Virus record (IMG/VR): IMGVR_UViG_3300006116_000048
Coordinates: 1 to 29,494 of that record
Strand: one strand, 5' to 3'
From: a virus
Lineage: Duplodnaviria > Caudoviricetes
Length of the DNA stretch: 29,494 bases
Below, piece after piece: positions 8,661 to 16,856 of the stretch (position 1 is its first letter; each line of letters opens with the position of its first letter). The translations under genes and the position numbers were made by a program. A model generated the notes under the pieces. It did no database searches and was not told where the DNA came from. It worked only from the letters and a program-made list of their open reading frames with translations.

Positions 8661-10064
8661 TTATAAAGTTGAAACAAATTGAATAGTTCCCGTAACGCTT
8701 CCTAATATTGGAGTAGGCACTATCTGTAACTGAAACTTCATAGTTTTAGTACTATTAAAGTTTGGTGCGCTTAGTATCAATTTACCGTCTGTCAAATCGC
8801 CTGTGCCACCGTTTACAACGCTTAACGGCGAGATATACTCGTCATAGAATTGTTGTTGAAGGCTATTAAGAACGTTTTGAGCAATTGCACCCGTTTTAGT
8901 GTCTAATGGTTGGTTACTTCCAATTTGATTAATAAAGAAAGCTAAAGCATCAGCACTCAAAGCGTTTGCTACACGGTTATATTCTTGTGTACTAAGTGCT
9001 AGTGTTGAACTTGTACAAGTTGCGCCATCGTTCCAATAGAATCCTGATTTATTAAACCACGGACGTAAGAACATATATTGCTTTGCGCCTAAATAGTCAA
9101 TGTCACCTGTACCATTTGCATTACTTGGTGAAAGTGTTATCACTGGTGCAAAAGCTTCTACACAATAACCCGTATCGGGTGTAGTGAAAGTTGTGAACCC
9201 TGTTACCGCCGTAAATTGTGTAGGTTGTGAATCCGTTCCACTAACATAAGTAACACTATTGTAAACCACACTACCATTGTAAACGGTGTAAACTTTACCT
9301 ACTGTCAATGTGCCACTTGCTTGTATCGCCAAAGACTTAGTTAAATACGCTGTGTTAGCTACGCTGCCATCTGCAACTGCGCCGAAACCGTGACCGATTG
9401 ATATTTGTGCAAAGCGTGACAAAGCCAAACCTACCGAACTAACACCGTTAGGTTGTGTTCCCGTAATACATAGTGAAATAGAACTACACAACTTCAAACT
9501 AATATCTCCAATTGTTGAAGGCGTTACAGTTGTACTCATATTGTAGCCGTCTACTATTGCACTAAATTGATAGCCTTGCGCAAATAGACTTACTTGTGTA
9601 GCTTGCAATGCTGTGATAGTCGCTGGTACATCGGCAGGGAAATCTGTTGCATTTTGTGTTGCTGTTGGCAATTTGTAGCAGATACCTATCATCTTAGCCC
9701 TATTGCTTGGGCTGCTTGCGCTTGTTGCCCTTACACCGTTTGCAAAGGCTGTCCCTGCAACATAAGTAGCCATTGCAGTAGCTTTTGCCACGCCTTGAAC
9801 CCACAATAATAAACCGTCATTTGTGCCACCTGCATAGAAGTCGTTTATTTGTTGGAATAAAGCTATTGCATTGGTGGCATCATTTGCGGCTGTAATCCCT
9901 AAGGCTGTCGCATCTGCTAACTTAGTAAGCAAGTAGGGCGTATCTAGTGCAAAGGTTGAGCCTATTGCAGTTGCGTGAATAAACATCATAATAACGCCGT
10001 CACTTGAAGGTGCAACGCCTGTTTGATTGTTTACTACACTAATTTTAATTAAATGTTCAGCCAT
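8661..10064 (-). CDS. Tail sheath protein (DUF2586-like)
   Basis: 467 aa; C-terminal YMFLRPW..KSGFYWND, EYNRVAN and LQIVPTPILGSV sheath motifs. Confidence 0.85.
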   Translation of the reverse strand: MAEHLIKISVVNNQTGVAPSSDGVIMMFIHATAIGSTFALDTPYLLTKLADATALGITAANDATNAIALFQQINDFYAGGTNDGLLLWVQGVAKATAMATYVAGTAFANGVRATSASSPSNRAKMIGICYKLPTATQNATDFPADVPATITALQATQVSLFAQGYQFSAIVDGYNMSTTVTPSTIGDISLKLCSSISLCITGTQPNGVSSVGLALSRFAQISIGHGFGAVADGSVANTAYLTKSLAIQASGTLTVGKVYTVYNGSVVYNSVTYVSGTDSQPTQFTAVTGFTTFTTPDTGYCVEAFAPVITLSPSNANGTGDIDYLGAKQYMFLRPWFNKSGFYWNDGATCTSSTLALSTQEYNRVANALSADALAFFINQIGSNQPLDTKTGAIAQNVLNSLQQQFYDEYISPLSVVNGGTGDLTDGKLILSAPNFNSTKTMKFQLQIVPTPILGSVTGTIQFVSTL

Positions 10065-10075
10065 TTTTGTAAGTA

Positions 10076-10453
10076 TTATTTATTTGCCTTAGCGGTAGGC
10101 TTTGTTTCTTTAATAACTGTTACTTCTTCTTCTTCGTCATCCAATGAAACGGTAGGCAAACTGTTTGTTACTGTCGCTACTTTTTCCTCTTTTATTTCAT
10201 TCATCCTACCATTTTGTAAAGCTATTTCTAGTTCTTCCAATGTAGTAGGCAATTTATCTAAAGCGGTAAACTTAGCCCTGTAGGTTGGCGGCGTAAAAGG
10301 TGTATTCACATACTTTTGAGCGATGTCGCTATTTTCTTTGCTATTGTAAATATTGCCATCCCCGTGAATCCAAACCGTTCCAAACTTCTTTACACTTGCC
10401 TTTAATAACTTTAAGTTATGCTCGTGCAGTCTTTCAAATTGAATGCTACTCAT
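10076..10453 (-). CDS. Hypothetical protein with acidic/basic tail, between head and tail genes
   Basis: Co-oriented ORF with an A-rich start context. Confidence 0.6.
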   Translation of the reverse strand: MSSIQFERLHEHNLKLLKASVKKFGTVWIHGDGNIYNSKENSDIAQKYVNTPFTPPTYRAKFTALDKLPTTLEELEIALQNGRMNEIKEEKVATVTNSLPTVSLDDEEEEVTVIKETKPTAKANK

Positions 10454-10473
10454 GTGTTTTATTTTTTTTGTGG

Positions 10474-10959
10474 TTACTTAATATTCGTCTTTACCCTATG
10501 GCTCAAATATCCCTTTACGCTTGCAGTGCTTGATGTAATACATTGAATTTTCAAATAACGACCTTGCAATAATGCCGTGTCGGCTGCAAATGAAACATAA
10601 TTAGGAGTTGAAGCCGAAAGGGTGAAAGTTTTTGTATATGCACTTTGAGCCGCCCCTTTGGGTACTGCGAAATAGTTTACATTGTCGTTACTTTGGAAGT
10701 AATTGATAGTCAAAGTAGCTGTACTTGCGCCTACTTTTTGCCAATAAAAAGTATGAAATACGTCATTTACATTTAAGTGGGTAATAGGCACTATGTAAGC
10801 CAAAGAATCGGTTACTTGCAAACTATCCGTTGGGGTAGTTGGAGTACCACCTAAGTCAATGTATTGACCTTGTTGGATGTTGTTAGCGGTGTAAGTTCTT
10901 GTCTGTGCGAAAGAACTAGCTGAAATAAATAATAAAGCGATAATTAATAACTTCTTCAT
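10474..10959 (-). CDS. Sec signal-peptide beta-sandwich-like protein directly downstream of the capsid gene
   Basis: MKKLLIIALLFISASSFA|QTRT signal peptide; Thr/Ser-rich beta-strand mature region containing GRYLKI. Confidence 0.75.
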   Translation of the reverse strand: MKKLLIIALLFISASSFAQTRTYTANNIQQGQYIDLGGTPTTPTDSLQVTDSLAYIVPITHLNVNDVFHTFYWQKVGASTATLTINYFQSNDNVNYFAVPKGAAQSAYTKTFTLSASTPNYVSFAADTALLQGRYLKIQCITSSTASVKGYLSHRVKTNIK

Positions 10960-10990
10960 TGTTAATTGTTGTTTATAAAAGTTTTAAAAT

Positions 10991-11015
10991 AGCCCCCAAT
11001 ATTACATCGGGGGCT
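10991..11015 (-). terminator. Hairpin after the capsid gene (weak terminator or mRNA stabiliser)
   Basis: Minus strand AGCCCCCGAT-GTAAT-ATTGGGGGCT followed by ATTTT, 8 nt after the stop codon. Confidence 0.65.
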
Positions 11016-11023
11016 TAGTTTAT

Positions 11024-13492
11024 TTAAACGTTTGGTGCGCCGTAATTAAGGATAGCAGTACCGTTAAAGTTAGCACGCAATGGAACGATACCCATACGAA
11101 TATCAGCACTCATTGTATATCCGTAGTTAACAGGGTCTTGAACCATAAACACATCAAGCATCCCAATACCCATACCTACTTGTGAAGGTACAAAACTCAA
11201 ACCTGCACTTATTGCAGTTGATGGTATAATACCTGTTGGATCAACTACTTGGTTTGATGCAGCAGGGTTAACTATGATTGTTCTGCTTCTTTCGTTCAAA
11301 ATTGTATTTTTGAACTTAACAAATGAACCACCACCGTTATCATTTACCCAACGGGTAAGCAATGACTTAGTTTCGGGGTCTTTGTTCAATGAAGCAATCA
11401 TAATAGGGTCAGCTACCAAAGTAGTTTTTTCTCCTTCTAGTTGCAAGTTTTGCGCTGCATAAAGTTGTTCTAAGTTTACAATATCATTCAATACTGGTGC
11501 AACAAGTGAACCTGAGTACGTTTGATTGTAATAGAATTTGTTATATGCTGCTGAACCGCCGATTTGTACGGTTGTAGGCAATGTTTGATAACCACTAATA
11601 CCGCTAGTTGCTACGATTGAACTTGCAGGAACTGTTGAAGCTAAAGTATAAAGCAATGTATCATCAATTGCAGTATTTAACACCATGAACGCTTGCGCCC
11701 AACCTGTACCCATTTGGTCGTATCTAAGTTGGTGCATTGTTAATGGTGTCCATTGCATTGGTTGTAACCAATATGGCGTAAGTGCCAAACTAACCGCAGT
11801 ATCGCTATAAGTATAAACGCTAGTGCTAGGTTTATTGCCTTTATATACTGTTGGAGCGGCTGCTATGTTAGCCCATATAATACCTGTGTTTGCGCCTGTG
11901 TATTGTGCGCCGAACATTGGAATGTCGTTTTTCCAGCTCGTTGTTGGGAACAAATTGAAGATAGCTAAAGAAAGCCATTCAATCGTATTTAATGCAGGAC
12001 TAGCAAGTGCAGCGTCAGTACTTGTTAAAGCTACTCTTTCACGACCTGCGCTAAGGTTAGATATGTTTACAGTTTGACCATTTGCGCCCAATACTGCTAC
12101 TTCACCTCTTTGCAATTCGCCCATAATAGATGACAAACCTATTCCACCTTGTCTACCGTTAACGTTCACTTGTGCATCTTGCATTTGTGCCATTGTGGTG
12201 TTATGGATACGGGTTTTATCAACTACTGCCCTATACTTAGGGTCTGCAATGATTGAACTTAATACAGCAGCATATTCGGATACTTCATTGTGTTGTATTC
12301 CTTTTTTTGCCCTGTCAATAAGTGATTTGTCTCTTTCGTCAGTTGATGCCATCAACTGTGTGAAGGTCTTACCGCCGTAAGCCTTTACTTTAGCGGTAAC
12401 TACGGGTGCGGTTGCCATTTTATATTCTGTTTTTAATTGTTCAACGGATTTAAGAACGGGCTTAATTGCGCTGTTCTTAGTTTTCTCTGCTTTACCTTCT
12501 TCTACATCTGCCTCATCATCACCTTCAGCAGCGTATTTGTCGCAAGCCTTCATAGCATCTTCTGCTTCCATCTTGCAAGCCTCGTAGGCTTCTTTATCTT
12601 CTGCACTTGCATCTTCTGCATTTGCTTTTTTCTTAGCGGCTTCCAATTTCTTGGTGGCTTCGTCTAATTTACTTTTCGCTTCCTCTAGCTTTTTAGCTTT
12701 TTCAGCTTTAGCTTTCAGTTTAACATCTTGCTCATTTGGTTGCCCTACATCTACTTTTTTCGGTAGTGTAGAATCAGGCGGACCTTTCGGTGCTGGGGCA
12801 TCTTCAAATGTTTCTTTCTTGCTGCCAAAAGAAATATTACCGCCTAACCCAATGATATCTTTAAACCATTGTGGCAAGCCTGTACCTTTTGCATCGGCTG
12901 CAAGTGTAGTAGTGTTAGCAGTCACCTCTGTATTTTCGGGTGCTACTGGTGTTACTTCTTCTGCCATTGTTTCGTTTGTTTTATTATTAGTGATTGAATA
13001 TTTACTCGAAAGAGTTGTTATTGTGCGTGTCAAAGTGTCTATTTCTTCGCTGTTGTATATCTTCGCTGCCAATGCAACGGGTTCTACTTGTGTAGCATCT
13101 TCATTTGATGGAAGTGTCACTATTGATATTTCGTATAGATAGAAAACTTTACAAATTTTGTTACCTTGTTTATCTAATACCAATTGACCTGCTGCGTTTG
13201 TTTCCCATATCGCTTCGCCACCTATTGAGCAAGCCCTTAACCATCCCCCCTCATACAACGCCGCCGTTTCTTTACTTGCTTCTGTTAGTTTGTGGAAAAC
13301 GGGAACGCCGCTATATCCTTTACTATCTAATTGTATTTCAGTCCATAGTCCTATCGGGTCGCTATTCCAAACGTGCTCTTTTAAAACTACGGGGTTAGCA
13401 TTAAAACGGGTGAAATCAATTACACTATTAGGAATAACGCCGCATTGGTCATTAGGTGTTTCCGTTGTGAAATAAATTCTTTTACCTGCCAT
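11024..13492 (-). CDS. Fused prohead protease - scaffold - major capsid protein (822 aa from MAGKRIYF)
   Basis: N-terminal HK97-type protease motifs (NPVVLKEH, LRACSIGG, LYEISIVTLPSN), a central charged coiled coil and a C-terminal capsid-like region. Start moved from 13570 to 13492 because the extra 26 codons overlap divergent promoters. Confidence 0.85.
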   Translation of the reverse strand: MAGKRIYFTTETPNDQCGVIPNSVIDFTRFNANPVVLKEHVWNSDPIGLWTEIQLDSKGYSGVPVFHKLTEASKETAALYEGGWLRACSIGGEAIWETNAAGQLVLDKQGNKICKVFYLYEISIVTLPSNEDATQVEPVALAAKIYNSEEIDTLTRTITTLSSKYSITNNKTNETMAEEVTPVAPENTEVTANTTTLAADAKGTGLPQWFKDIIGLGGNISFGSKKETFEDAPAPKGPPDSTLPKKVDVGQPNEQDVKLKAKAEKAKKLEEAKSKLDEATKKLEAAKKKANAEDASAEDKEAYEACKMEAEDAMKACDKYAAEGDDEADVEEGKAEKTKNSAIKPVLKSVEQLKTEYKMATAPVVTAKVKAYGGKTFTQLMASTDERDKSLIDRAKKGIQHNEVSEYAAVLSSIIADPKYRAVVDKTRIHNTTMAQMQDAQVNVNGRQGGIGLSSIMGELQRGEVAVLGANGQTVNISNLSAGRERVALTSTDAALASPALNTIEWLSLAIFNLFPTTSWKNDIPMFGAQYTGANTGIIWANIAAAPTVYKGNKPSTSVYTYSDTAVSLALTPYWLQPMQWTPLTMHQLRYDQMGTGWAQAFMVLNTAIDDTLLYTLASTVPASSIVATSGISGYQTLPTTVQIGGSAAYNKFYYNQTYSGSLVAPVLNDIVNLEQLYAAQNLQLEGEKTTLVADPIMIASLNKDPETKSLLTRWVNDNGGGSFVKFKNTILNERSRTIIVNPAASNQVVDPTGIIPSTAISAGLSFVPSQVGMGIGMLDVFMVQDPVNYGYTMSADIRMGIVPLRANFNGTAILNYGAPNV

Positions 13493-13496
13493 GACA

Positions 13497-13504
13497 CAAA
13501 AGTA
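13497..13504 (-). promoter_or_regulatory. Bacteroidota -7 promoter element TACTTTTG for the protease/capsid operon
   Basis: Matches TAnnTTTG, 4 nt upstream of ATG 13492. Confidence 0.6.
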
Positions 13505-13542
13505 TTTTATTATATATTGTGTTTGTGTAAATAAAAAAACAC

Positions 13543-13550
13543 TATATTTG
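13543..13550 (+). promoter_or_regulatory. Bacteroidota -7 promoter element TATATTTG for the plus-strand cassette
   Basis: Matches TAnnTTTG, 22 nt upstream of ATG 13573. Confidence 0.6.
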
Positions 13551-13572
13551 CATATTGTAATATAACGCAATT

Positions 13573-13761
13573 ATGACAGAACAAGAAGTTTACGCCGAAT
13601 TGAAACAAAAGGTAAAGCCATATATCGGTATTATGCCGCAATCCAGCTTTAGTAGGTGTATGATACAATATAAGGTAGGCTTATTAAAACCTGCTACTAT
13701 TAAAAAGTTTTTTGAAAGTATGGGTTATACATTTGCTAACAATAAATGGTCTAAAAAATGA
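13573..13761 (+). CDS. Small basic protein, possibly HTH-like
   Basis: First gene of an ATGA-coupled cassette; weak HTH-like pattern MPQSSFSR. Confidence 0.6.
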   Translation: MTEQEVYAELKQKVKPYIGIMPQSSFSRCMIQYKVGLLKPATIKKFFESMGYTFANNKWSKK

Positions 13762-14003
13762 GCCTACAAATATTTTATCTCAATCGCCCGCAGTGTACGG
13801 TTACTATTGGCAAGCTAGATGACAAACTAGGTAAGTCGTACACGACTGAAATAAAAGTGCAGGAAGAAAGATATAGTTATGTAGTAACTGTACTTCGAAG
13901 GTTCGGCGGTCAATATTATAAACGCATTGGGTGGCGAATGATTAAAGGGGGTAAAGAGGTCGCAATACCATTACATATAAAAAATAATTTAGAATTAAAA
14001 TGA
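13758..14003 (+). CDS. Hypothetical protein
   Basis: ATGA overlaps with both neighbouring genes. Confidence 0.65.
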   Translation: MSLQIFYLNRPQCTVTIGKLDDKLGKSYTTEIKVQEERYSYVVTVLRRFGGQYYKRIGWRMIKGGKEVAIPLHIKNNLELK

Positions 14004-14227
14004 CAGCTAAAATCAACGGCGTAAATTATCGCATCAAACGTTACCCTAAAGGTTGGGTAATAGAAAAACAAAAGTCTTTTTTATTTATCAAATATTGGGT
14101 TCATGCTGTTAGCGTTTCGGGAATACCATCAGAACCTTGGCATTACAGTTTTTACAGATTTGCAAAATGGGATTTAGATAGAATAAAGGACGGTATTACT
14201 ACTGGCTTAAAAATGAATCTTGTATGA
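14000..14227 (+). CDS. Hypothetical protein
   Basis: ATGA overlaps at both ends; YRIK...W.IEKQKSFLFIKYW pattern of small phage proteins. Confidence 0.65.
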   Translation: MTAKINGVNYRIKRYPKGWVIEKQKSFLFIKYWVHAVSVSGIPSEPWHYSFYRFAKWDLDRIKDGITTGLKMNLV

Positions 14228-14388
14228 TACTCAACATCGACTACCACATAAGGCGTGCAACTGTTAAAGCATTAAACCTCGCTAGAACCAAACGGGATGC
14301 CGCTAGGTTATTAGGTATAAATGAAAGAAGTTTGTTTAATTACTTGGATAGGTATGAGATTATTTATATAAATGGGGTTTATAAATAA
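14224..14388 (+). CDS. Stand-alone Fis-type helix-turn-helix protein (54 aa)
   Basis: Not in the ORF track. MILNIDYHIRRATVKALNLARTKRDAARLLGINERSLFNYLDRYEIIYINGVYK matches the Fis/NtrC HTH pattern AL.......AA.LLGI....L...L..Y.I. Confidence 0.8.
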   Translation: MILNIDYHIRRATVKALNLARTKRDAARLLGINERSLFNYLDRYEIIYINGVYK

Positions 14389-14393
14389 ATAAA

Positions 14394-14420
14394 CCCGTCA
14401 GGTGTAGACACACCAACGGG
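14394..14420 (-). terminator. Hairpin, probably the terminator for the leftward head/neck transcript
   Basis: Minus strand CCCGTTGGTGT-GTCT-ACACCTGACGGG followed by TTTATTTATTT. Confidence 0.55.
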
Positions 14421-14431
14421 ATAAAACACAC

Positions 14432-14650
14432 ATGAAAAAAATGAAAAAAAATAGTGCGTTATTAGTTAAAGTTCATCGTTATTTATTGAATAAAGAGAAA
14501 AGTCATCGTGTTTGTTTTGAATATATTTTTGAAAATGAACATTACCACTCTTGCAATGTTGATATTAACCCAAACGAATTAAAAGAAACCGAAAAACGAA
14601 TATCGCTATTAGTTGAACGGGGGATTATTCACTTGCGTAACCGTTGTTAA
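14432..14650 (+). CDS. Hypothetical protein
   Basis: 72 aa ORF with an A-rich leader; overlaps the convergent gene by 42 nt. Confidence 0.4.
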   Translation: MKKMKKNSALLVKVHRYLLNKEKSHRVCFEYIFENEHYHSCNVDINPNELKETEKRISLLVERGIIHLRNRC

Positions 14651-15142
14651 TGGTTGCGTACTTGTTTGAGTAAAATTTGTTGAAGGATCAATAGCACAAC
14701 TATCAAATACTATTCCGTAGCCTATATTCAATCCTTCGCCGTCTAAGTTATCGGCGTTCTGCACATTAGACAAAGTAAACTTAAAACAGTAGTTATTTAA
14801 CACATCTGTCATAAGGCTACTAATATAAACGCCCTTACTAAAATGCTGCCTAATATCATCAATTACTTTCAATAACCCCCTACTATAATCCGTATCATCG
14901 TCAATCATGCCATCGGGCATATAGTTGTAAGAATTTAGTTTGAACATCCAATCTACACGACTTACACCGCCGCAATATTGATAGGCTTCGCTTGCTGGCA
15001 GCATCTCAATAATAAGTAAAGGCATAGTGTAGCCTTCCATCTTTTTAGGGCTGTAATCCGTTTTTAAGATAATAGTGCCGCCGCTATCAGCAAGAAACTG
15101 CTTGCACTCTTGGGCAACGGCGTTTAAGATGTCATCTATCAT
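14609..15142 (-). CDS. Tail terminator/neck protein (Mu gp37-like)
   Basis: Size and position near the gpG-like gene; YTMPLLIIEM and LLKVIDDIRQHF patterns. Confidence 0.6.
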   Translation of the reverse strand: MIDDILNAVAQECKQFLADSGGTIILKTDYSPKKMEGYTMPLLIIEMLPASEAYQYCGGVSRVDWMFKLNSYNYMPDGMIDDDTDYSRGLLKVIDDIRQHFSKGVYISSLMTDVLNNYCFKFTLSNVQNADNLDGEGLNIGYGIVFDSCAIDPSTNFTQTSTQPLTTVTQVNNPPFN

Positions 15143-15357
15143 AACGAAACTATTTTACTTTCCTTCTTATTATTTTCTTCAATCTTTGTTTTCAACTCAC
15201 ACAACCAACTAAACACGCTAACATTTTCGCCGTGTTCTTTTGCTAGTCGCTTTAGTTCTTTTACGGGTACGTTTTCCGTTTCAACTATCTTTTTAACGGT
15301 TGTAACTAACTCATTTTGGATGAGTAACAAATGCTTATCTAATATATCAGTTTTCAT
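15139..15357 (-). CDS. Hypothetical protein
   Basis: Short co-oriented ORF overlapping both neighbours. Confidence 0.55.
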   Translation of the reverse strand: MKTDILDKHLLLIQNELVTTVKKIVETENVPVKELKRLAKEHGENVSVFSWLCELKTKIEENNKKESKIVSL

Positions 15358-15553
15358 TGCTTAATATTACTTTTTCAGGGTTAATTTTATATACTCTCAC
15401 ACTATTGCAGCTAGTGCAAGTAAACTTTAATTTATCTACGTCTGCTGCCTCAAATTTCCAATCGTTATTATGGTAAACATCTACCAAATTTTCACGTTTA
15501 TGAACTTTACAAGGCTTCGAGCCGTTAATAGTTTGGATTAAAGTGTAATTCAT
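15347..15553 (-). CDS. Small protein with a possible zinc ribbon
   Basis: CKVH ... CTSC ligand pairs; TAATG coupling to the upstream gene. Confidence 0.55.
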   Translation of the reverse strand: MNYTLIQTINGSKPCKVHKRENLVDVYHNNDWKFEAADVDKLKFTCTSCNSVRVYKINPEKVILSNEN

Positions 15554-15921
15554 TAGTAGATTAATTTTACGTTCACATTATCACTCCATGCCGTATCTAT
15601 CTTTATGTTTGTTACAGTCCAATTTGCTCTATTTGCATATCCTAAATTCTGCTCTTTATTTAATACTACTTTTTTAAAAATGTAATGATTATTAAAAATT
15701 TTTGCACTATCCCAATCGTAGGAAACATCAGCACTAATAATAACGTTATTAGGGATAATGTCGGATATTAAGTTAGCCCTTAGTTGGTGACCGTCAAATA
15801 AGATAGACGGCTTTAAATTTACCGTGTACTTTTTAGTGTCGGTTGTTGGGTTATTTACTGTTGTTTTTGTGCATGATGCCATTGCTATAAAGGCAGCGAT
15901 TGCGATAATTGTTTTTTTCAT
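15553..15921 (-). CDS. Lipoprotein
   Basis: SPII-type signal MKKTIIAIAAFIAMAS|C. Confidence 0.75.
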   Translation of the reverse strand: MKKTIIAIAAFIAMASCTKTTVNNPTTDTKKYTVNLKPSILFDGHQLRANLISDIIPNNVIISADVSYDWDSAKIFNNHYIFKKVVLNKEQNLGYANRANWTVTNIKIDTAWSDNVNVKLIY

Positions 15922-15928
15922 TGTGTAT

Positions 15929-16429
15929 TTAACGTTTAAAAAGTTTCATTATTTCATTTCTTGTGCTTACTATTTTGCGCTCAATCTTTTTTACTATCTT
16001 TAAATTAGGTGGTTCGCCATTTGCTGGTATAAATTTACGCTGTGGCACTCCCTTATTCGTTCCCTCATTATTATATTCGGCGTAAGGAACTAAAGCCGTA
16101 TTTGTACCAACGAATACCCGTTTGCCTGTAACTCGAAACATCAAAGAATTATACAAAGTTAAGGTTTGTCGAAGTAATTTTGCAGAACTATTATAAGTAG
16201 TCCCTTTTACTCCGCTTCGCCTATCGTATGCTTTGTTAGTTTTGTCGCTTCTTTGTTTCCATTTTTGTAACCCAGTCCCATCATCGTAGCCCTCTAACTT
16301 AAAATTTTCCTTTATAATCTTCACACTTTCCTGCCCCATTATCATAGGCAAATCACCTTGAAACTTCTTAAATTTATTACTAGCTTCACGCCAATCATTC
16401 ATTAAATCTTGAAGGGACTTTTTAGCCAT
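15929..16429 (-). CDS. Virion morphogenesis protein (Mu gpG/P2 gpS family)
   Basis: ENF..EG...W, L..T..LYNS, VPYAEYNNEG and VPQRKFI motifs. Confidence 0.85.
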   Translation of the reverse strand: MAKKSLQDLMNDWREASNKFKKFQGDLPMIMGQESVKIIKENFKLEGYDDGTGLQKWKQRSDKTNKAYDRRSGVKGTTYNSSAKLLRQTLTLYNSLMFRVTGKRVFVGTNTALVPYAEYNNEGTNKGVPQRKFIPANGEPPNLKIVKKIERKIVSTRNEIMKLFKR

Positions 16430-16788
16430 TACTTAAGCGTTAGTAAGTACAATGTATGATTAATTAAGCCTTTCATGTCCGCAATAATATTAAGCAAGTC
16501 GCTGTCGGATGCTTTTACAATTGATTTGTAGTTGTTTTCAATTGTATCATAGCAGCCATTAAGATATTCGGTACTATCAATGCCTATTTTAGTTTCTATC
16601 TTAACATCGCCTTCAATCCTCCCATACTTACCTTGATAGGTTTCTATAAATGTGTCGGCTAATTCTAACCACTCATCATAAAATTCGTTTAATGCTTTAT
16701 GTTCAGCAAATGATGTAGTATTAAGGTGTTGCAAGTGGATACAATCACGAGTACTAAAAAGAAGCGTTACAAATTCAATAGGTTGCAT
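16429..16788 (-). CDS. Ferritin/Dps-like four-helix protein (DUF5856-like)
   Basis: HLQHLNTTSFAEHKALNEFYD...DTFIETYQGKYG and DLLNIIADMKGLINHTLYLLTL. Confidence 0.8.
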   Translation of the reverse strand: MQPIEFVTLLFSTRDCIHLQHLNTTSFAEHKALNEFYDEWLELADTFIETYQGKYGRIEGDVKIETKIGIDSTEYLNGCYDTIENNYKSIVKASDSDLLNIIADMKGLINHTLYLLTLK

Positions 16789-16856
16789 AAATATAATTTT
16801 ATTAGTTCAAAAAAAGATAGGTGCGGAGGTTTGCAAAATGTACACATAATTAACGA

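Noticed and set aside
560-10064. Contractile tail block as a tailocin, eCIS or T6SS
   Set aside because: Capsid, portal, terminase and replication genes are contiguous with it, so it is a phage tail.
696-13475. Plus-strand ORFs in the track opposite the structural genes (696, 6687, 6749, 8044, 9594, 10053, 10300, 11274, 11823, 12195, 12437, 12651, 13105, 13290)
   Set aside because: They are antisense shadows of well-supported minus-strand genes, with no motifs or credible start contexts.
13493-13570. 26-codon N-terminal extension of the protease-capsid ORF
   Set aside because: It overlaps two divergent promoter elements, and protease-like sequence begins at MAGKRIYF.
14394-14420. Hairpin as a third copy of the kissing-loop leader or a CRISPR-repeat mimic
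   Set aside because: No partner hairpin with a complementary loop and no promoter at the expected spacing was found; a terminator explains it.
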